Positions 58,855 through 64,000 of a stretch of 64,000 nucleotides of DNA are shown in pieces. The DNA is from Nitrospirota bacterium (GTDB lineage: Bacteria; Nitrospirota; Thermodesulfovibrionia; Thermodesulfovibrionales; Dissulfurispiraceae): contig CAVPZX010000004.1 of NCBI GenBank assembly GCA_963710375.1, forward strand, positions 64,001 to 128,000, given 5' to 3'. The notes under the pieces were generated by a model. The model made no database searches and was not told where the DNA came from. It saw only the letters and a program-made list of their open reading frames with translations. The first letter of the stretch is position 1. Each line of letters starts with the position of its first letter. The position numbers were made by a program, and so were the translations under genes.

Positions 58855-60196
58855 TTACAATACCAGGGTCCGTTTTTGCTGCCGGTATTCCATGAACTGT
58901 TTTTTCTTCTCTTCATACCCTTTCTTGCCCATCATTCCGTAGGTGAGATTTTTGCCCTCCTCCACACCCGGCTGGTTAAAGGGATTAATCCCGATCAGAA
59001 TTCCGGTGAGTGCCGTGACCAATTCAAAAAAATGGTACAACTGTCCAAGATGATAGGCATCGATCCTCGGCACTGTTATTGTGACGCTCGGACGTCCATT
59101 TTTGGAAAGGGCGATTTCAGAGGCCTCCTGCTCGGTTTTTATCAATTCCGTGAGAGTGTGCCCGGCCAAATAGTTAAGACCCTCCATATCCTCAAACACA
59201 TCGGCAACTTCAATATCTGTCCCGTAGTCTTCAACCGCCAGAAAAATAACAACTTTGTCCTGAGGTCCCTCCATCCACAATTGCAGCTGGGAATGCTGGT
59301 CCGTGGTCCCGGTGGAAGGATAAGGCGTAAGACCCTTACCGTCTTTGCCGAGGCTCTCAGCCCATAATTGGCAGAACCACTCTGAAAAAGCCTTTAAACG
59401 GTCAGCATAGGGCATCATAACTGTAATGTTTCTTTTCTTTGTCTGCTGCATAAGGTAAAGGCCGGAAGCTGCCAGGTATGCCGGGTTCTGCCATATGTCC
59501 GGATTCATGCACCTGGTGTGGATATCCCTGGCCCCATTCAGCATGGCATCGCAGTCGATACCTATTGTTTCTGCCGGCAGCAACCCTACCGCACTTAAAA
59601 CAGAATACCTCCCTCCTACGCCCGGAGGCACAGGGAGTGACCGGAGCCCATGATCGTTGACAATCTTTCTGAGATTACCCTTTGCTGGATCGGTGGTAAT
59701 GATAACATGCTCCTCTGGTTTCAGCGAACGGTCTTTAATCTGCTGATACAGTATCATAAAGGAGGCCATGGTCTCTGCAGTGCTCCCCGATTTTGTGATA
59801 ACGTTTATGACTGTGCGGCCCAAGTCCACAAGGTCGAGTATGTTCTTAAGAGTCATCGGGTCTACGTTATCGTAAATAAATACCCTCGGTCTGTCCCTGA
59901 AATTGTGGAAGGGTCGCAGTGCCTCAAGAATCGATCTTGGCCCCAGCGCTGACCCCCCTATGCCCAGCAGTATAAAATTATCGAACCGTCCCGCATAGCT
60001 GCCCATTTCCTTGATGGCAGACGCATTTTCAGCATACGCGGTGTCAGGCAGGGTGAGAAAAGCATTTTCAGGATACTGTTCCGTGTTGAGCAGGTCGTTA
60101 AGAGTCTGTGCGCTTCACATTATTGAAATCTTCTTTTGTAAGGCCGTTTTTGCCTATGGAGTCTTGAAGCAGGTTTGAAAGGTCGATTTTTATCAT
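58855..60196 (-). CDS. pgi: Glucose-6-phosphate isomerase; 5' end frameshifted at ~60115
   Basis: GIGGSALG, TKSGSTAET, VGGRYSV, QLWAESLGK, DQHSQLQ, NQPGVE; upstream out-of-frame start MIKIDLSN... at 60196 with GGAGG SD. Confidence 0.9.
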
Positions 60197-60201
60197 ATAC
60201 C

Positions 60202-60330
60202 TTACCTCCGTTTTTTCAGGGTTATCACTATGACTATAAGCGCAAGCACAACGAGCGTACCGATAAACTTGGCCAGTTTCACGGCAATCAGAAGAACAAG
60301 CACCGCTGCTATGAGCAGATAGTTACTCAA
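60202..60330 (-). CDS. 42-aa hydrophobic small membrane protein (below the ORF-track cutoff)
   Basis: TTG right after the atpI stop; MSNYLLIAAVLVLLIAVKLAKFIGTLVVLALIVIVITLKKRR*; fills the atpI-pgi gap. Confidence 0.6.
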   Translation of the reverse strand: MSNYLLIAAVLVLLIAVKLAKFIGTLVVLALIVIVITLKKRR

Positions 60331-60687
60331 TTATTCCCCTTTTTTAGCAGCAAGCAATCCTTCTTTTATAATAAGCACCATGACAACCGTGAAACCTGCA
60401 AGCAACCCCCATGGATTGATAAGTCTCAATATGGCCAGTATAAGCAAAATGGAAAAAATAATGAGCAGTTTGAATGTGCTAAGAAAAACCATCTTGGCCC
60501 GCGGCTTTTCAGTGCCGATAAGAGCTGTCACGCTCCAGGCAATTCCACTCAGGTTGCCTATTCCAACCAGTCCCCCTACAGCGATGCTGAAAACAAAACG
60601 CCATCCTGCAAAAAAAATAGAAATAAGGCAGAGCGGCGCAAGTATGATCAAGGCCTGTTTAGAAACTCCCTTTACTATTCCCGTCAT
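60331..60687 (-). CDS. atpI: ATP synthase subunit I (AtpI-like)
   Basis: Four TMs, GG.V...N, GLLAGFTV; follows atpZ. Confidence 0.75.
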   Translation of the reverse strand: MTGIVKGVSKQALIILAPLCLISIFFAGWRFVFSIAVGGLVGIGNLSGIAWSVTALIGTEKPRAKMVFLSTFKLLIIFSILLILAILRLINPWGLLAGFTVVMVLIIKEGLLAAKKGE

Positions 60688-60913
60688 TGTCTGATTTGTC
60701 CACCTTTCTTGCAACCCTCAGCAGTTCCCTGAACCCGGAGATTATACCAATAACGAGAAAAATACATGTCAACCAGGGCGAAGTGCCGAACAAGCGGTCA
60801 AGCCCGTACCCTATCGCCAGGCCGGCAAAAGTTGCGGCAACAAGCTGGATGCCGACGCTGCTCGCGTCCAAAAGCTGGCCGAAAAGCGATTTTTCAGGTT
60901 TCTTATCTATCAC
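60659..60913 (-). CDS. atpZ: AtpZ/AtpI family protein
   Basis: VG..LV.ATF.GLAIGYGLDRLFGTSPW...F...GII.GF. Confidence 0.85.
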   Translation of the reverse strand: MIDKKPEKSLFGQLLDASSVGIQLVAATFAGLAIGYGLDRLFGTSPWLTCIFLVIGIISGFRELLRVARKVDKSDNDGNSKGSF

Positions 60914-61118
60914 CAAAGCTGCCCCCGTTACAGTCCGCCACACGCGCGCAATTGGATAATATAAATTTCGTTCGTGAATTTGCAACTTGTGAAATTGCAA
61001 ATGCCCCCAAAATGCCCCTAGCTTCTTGACATTGCAAAGTTTATTGAAGTAGACTTTATCAATATAGGAAACGTGTTTCTGACATATCTCTCAAAAAAAT
61101 AATTATGAAGGGGCGACG

Positions 61119-61529
61119 ATGAAGAGGCGCGAGTTCTTCAGGTTATTAATGTATCTTTTAGGCTCAACCGTTTTTATCTCCGGTTTATATCCTCTCTTGA
61201 GATTTCTTGCCCCGCCCGGCAGCGAGGCAAACATAAAAAAACTGGTGCTGTCCAAAGCGGACGTGCCTCCCGGCAAAGCTGAAAGTATTGTTTTTAACAA
61301 TGTGCCGGCCATCGTAATTAATCGGCCGGAAAAAGGGTTCATTGTGCTTTCCAAGGTGTGTACTCATCTTGGATGCATAGTTGAATATGAAGGGGATAAG
61401 GACATAATGCTTTGTCCATGTCATGCGGGGACGTTTGATCTCGATGGACATGTTATATCAGGACCGCCACCGAAGCCGTTGCAGAGGCTGCCTTTCAGAA
61501 TCGAGGGCGAAACGATTGTTATAGGATAA
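61119..61529 (+). CDS. Rieske 2Fe-2S subunit with Tat signal
   Basis: KRREFF, CTHLGC, CPCHAG. Confidence 0.93.
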   Translation: MKRREFFRLLMYLLGSTVFISGLYPLLRFLAPPGSEANIKKLVLSKADVPPGKAESIVFNNVPAIVINRPEKGFIVLSKVCTHLGCIVEYEGDKDIMLCPCHAGTFDLDGHVISGPPPKPLQRLPFRIEGETIVIG

Positions 61530-61534
61530 ATGGA

Positions 61535-62626
61535 ATGTGGAAGAAAATTGAAGATTGGCTCGAAGTAAGGATAGGACTTAATGACCTGGCGAGAACGCAC
61601 CTGACGGGATACAGGGTGCCGAAAAATATCAACCTGTTCTATACCATCGGTTTTGTTGCAATTATCGGTTATATAATCCAGGTGATTTCGGGCGTTTTTC
61701 TTCTTATTTATTATATTCCGCATCCTGATTATGCATTCGGCAGCGTCCAGAATATAATGAATAAAGTCCCATACGGCTGGCTGTTCAGGCAGATACATGT
61801 CGTGGGCGGCAATCTTCTGATTGCAGCTGTCTTTATTCATATGGTCACGGTATTTTTAATGGGAAACTATATGAGGCCTAGAGAGCTGACATGGGTTGGG
61901 GGAGGCCTTATGCTCGTTATAGTCTTTATATTCGGTCTCAGCGGATATCTGCTTCCCTGGTCTCAGCGGAGTTACTGGGCTACAACGGTTGTCACCTCGA
62001 TCCCGACAGCTTTTCCTGTTATAGGTGATGCAATAGCAAAAATACTTAAGGGCGGCGAACAGGTCTCCGGTATAACACTCAGCAGGTTTTTTGCGCTTCA
62101 TGTGGCAATATTGCCTCCTCTATTCCTGTCTCTTGCAGTGCTGCACATTTTTTTCATCAGGCGCATGGGCATTTCCGCAACGCCTTTCGGCATGTCAGAT
62201 GAAGAGAAGAGGCCGTTGACCGAATTCAGGAAAAAGATCAATCCGGACGGATATCCTTTTTACCCGGACTTTTTCCTGAAAATGATGTTTACTGTTATGG
62301 TATATTGCGCTTTGATGTTTTTTATAATTACTTTCTTGCCGACCATTTTCCTGCCTGTGGAGGCAAATACTCCCGCTGATCCCTTAAGGACACCTACGCA
62401 TGTTAAACCCGAATGGTATTTCCTTGCTCCATATGAGATGCTGAGGCTCATACCGAACAAATTTCTCGGCATAAGCATACAACTTATATTTATCGGTATA
62501 TTCCTCTTCTGGCCCTTCTTCGATAATCAGAAGGAAAAGAACATACTGAAAAGGCCGGCATTGCGCGGAGCGTTTCTCTTTTTTCTGGCCACGTGGATTG
62601 TTTTAACGTTTTTGGGGAGGTATTAA
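61535..62626 (+). CDS. Cytochrome b of a Rieske/cytochrome b complex
   Basis: R.IH, IHM, GYLLPW.Q.SYWA, RFF.LH, PEWY. Confidence 0.93.
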   Translation: MWKKIEDWLEVRIGLNDLARTHLTGYRVPKNINLFYTIGFVAIIGYIIQVISGVFLLIYYIPHPDYAFGSVQNIMNKVPYGWLFRQIHVVGGNLLIAAVFIHMVTVFLMGNYMRPRELTWVGGGLMLVIVFIFGLSGYLLPWSQRSYWATTVVTSIPTAFPVIGDAIAKILKGGEQVSGITLSRFFALHVAILPPLFLSLAVLHIFFIRRMGISATPFGMSDEEKRPLTEFRKKINPDGYPFYPDFFLKMMFTVMVYCALMFFIITFLPTIFLPVEANTPADPLRTPTHVKPEWYFLAPYEMLRLIPNKFLGISIQLIFIGIFLFWPFFDNQKEKNILKRPALRGAFLFFLATWIVLTFLGRY

Positions 62627-63477
62627 TGCGATACCTTTTATTATTAGTTACTGCAATCCTGATTTTTCCATCCATTGCTGTTGCAGATTATAAAGAGGTT
62701 TTTGAAAAAGAGTTTCTCTCTAAACCATGGGCTGGCGAACAACTTGAGGAAGATGCCTGTATCAGCTGTCATTCTTCGGATACCATGAAACAGCAATACA
62801 GAATGGTTGTCGAGGATTGGAAGGCGAGCTGGCATGCTCAGAACAGAATATCCTGTCACGATTGCCACGGCGGAGATCCCAAGGATGCAACCATGTCCAT
62901 GTCGCCACAGAGGGGTTTTGTTGGGGTGCCGAAGGCCGGTGAAGTCCCCGAATTCTGTGGAAAATGCCATATAGCCATATTAAAGAACTATCTCGAGAGC
63001 GGCCATGGAAAAGCCCTTAAATCTTCGGGCAAAGGACCTAACTGCGTTACTTGCCACGGCTCTCATAAAATCGGGAAGGCGAGCATAGATATCATCAATG
63101 AGCAGACTTGCACAAAGTGCCATTCCTATGACAGGGCCCGGAGGATGAAACAAGCGCTCTTTGTTGTCGAAAAGAAGATGGGAGAAATGGAGAGAGATAT
63201 CAATACCCTGAAGGAAGAGGGCATTTTTGTCGATGAGAAAGAACGCACACTTTTCAGCACCCAGGCAGAATTCCGCGCCCTTTTCCATACTGTGGATGTA
63301 TCTCTTGTTCAACAAAGGACAGGCGAGTTTACAAAAAGGTTGGGCATTATCGATAAAGAAATGCAGGACATCTTTCGTGAACTACGGTTCAGGAAAAACT
63401 TCTCCGCATTCCTCATGCTGCTTTTCACAGGGATGGGAGTAGTGATACTTGTGTACTCAAAATTGCCTAAGGAATAG
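62626..63477 (+). CDS. Pentaheme cytochrome c with C-terminal membrane anchor
   Basis: CISCH, CHDCH, CGKCH, CVTCH, CTKCH; signal peptide and C-terminal TM. Confidence 0.9.
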   Translation: MRYLLLLVTAILIFPSIAVADYKEVFEKEFLSKPWAGEQLEEDACISCHSSDTMKQQYRMVVEDWKASWHAQNRISCHDCHGGDPKDATMSMSPQRGFVGVPKAGEVPEFCGKCHIAILKNYLESGHGKALKSSGKGPNCVTCHGSHKIGKASIDIINEQTCTKCHSYDRARRMKQALFVVEKKMGEMERDINTLKEEGIFVDEKERTLFSTQAEFRALFHTVDVSLVQQRTGEFTKRLGIIDKEMQDIFRELRFRKNFSAFLMLLFTGMGVVILVYSKLPKE

Positions 63478-63526
63478 AACCAGACCTGAACGTGTCCTAG
63501 CCTGCCGGGTGAGAGCGGGACGATCT

Positions 63527-64000
63527 TTATTTCTCCAGATATTTCCCTAATACTTTCATGATGTCACCCTCTGAAATTATGCCGACCGGATGTCCGCTGC
63601 TGTCAACGATAATCACCCGTCTTGTTTTCTTTTGGGTTATAATCTGGTTCAGGCTCTGCAAAGTGGTCTCTTCAAGGGCTGTGACAGCAGGAGAGTTCAT
63701 GATATCGGCTGCAGTGATGCCTGAGGCTGGGTACTGATCGCCTTTTGTATCCGGCATGACGGGCCCTCCCAACTTTTCTGCAAAATCAGGTTCGTGGCGC
63801 ATCACGTTCAAGATAATATCAGACTCCGAAACTACGCCTATCACTTTGTTATCCCTGTCCACAACTGGAACAGCGCTTATATTTCTGGAAGTGAGCAGTT
63901 TACTGACCTCCTCTATGGTGGTTTCCGGGGCAACTGTTACAAGTTTTTTGGTCATTATATGGCTGGCAGGTACTCCCTCTTTAGTGATTCCAAACCTGAG
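63527..64000 (-). CDS. CBS-domain protein (5' end probably beyond the window)
   Basis: ISAVPVVD..VIGVVSESDI and GIISEGDI CBS pair; frame open to the window edge. Confidence 0.85.
   Translation of the reverse strand, partial: LRFGITKEGVPASHIMTKKLVTVAPETTIEEVSKLLTSRNISAVPVVDRDNKVIGVVSESDIILNVMRHEPDFAEKLGGPVMPDTKGDQYPASGITAADIMNSPAVTALEETTLQSLNQIITQKKTRRVIIVDSSGHPVGIISEGDIMKVLGKYLEK

Overview
64-kb chromosomal window from an anaerobic Gram-negative bacterium. Gene content and style suggest Nitrospirota/Thermodesulfovibrionia or a Desulfobacterota-like organism; this is inference. Housekeeping genes include a lapA/lapB-like fusion, rlmH, rsfS, malic enzyme, amrS, cyclophilin, uvrA, tRNA-fMet, phoBR, aroKB, pgi, atpZ/atpI and a Rieske/cytochrome b/pentaheme complex. 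The main accessory feature is a ~11-kb metal(loid) island. It holds a complete mercury-methylation operon (hgcC-hgcA-hgcB) behind a perfect sigma70 promoter with a MITE in its leader. An arsenic operon follows (arsP, DGC protein, thioredoxin-like protein, arsR, arsC, acr3) and ends in a soluble MtrA-like corrinoid protein; then come a thiol-redox/ECF-sigma module and chrA. Other notable items are an orphan ~225-nt multi-hairpin ncRNA with its own promoter and terminator (26.7 kb), and a Pho-box-like 4x11-bp array ahead of a glycosyltransferase/radical-SAM cluster. Two MITE copies flank a TPR-GT41 + hsp20 cassette, and there is a Tat-exported AKR/DUF362/polyferredoxin module. The window also has at least five MITE families but no transposase, three frameshifted genes, two gene relics, several apparently leaderless genes and an unannotated 42-aa membrane protein. 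All family assignments come from motif recognition, not database searches.
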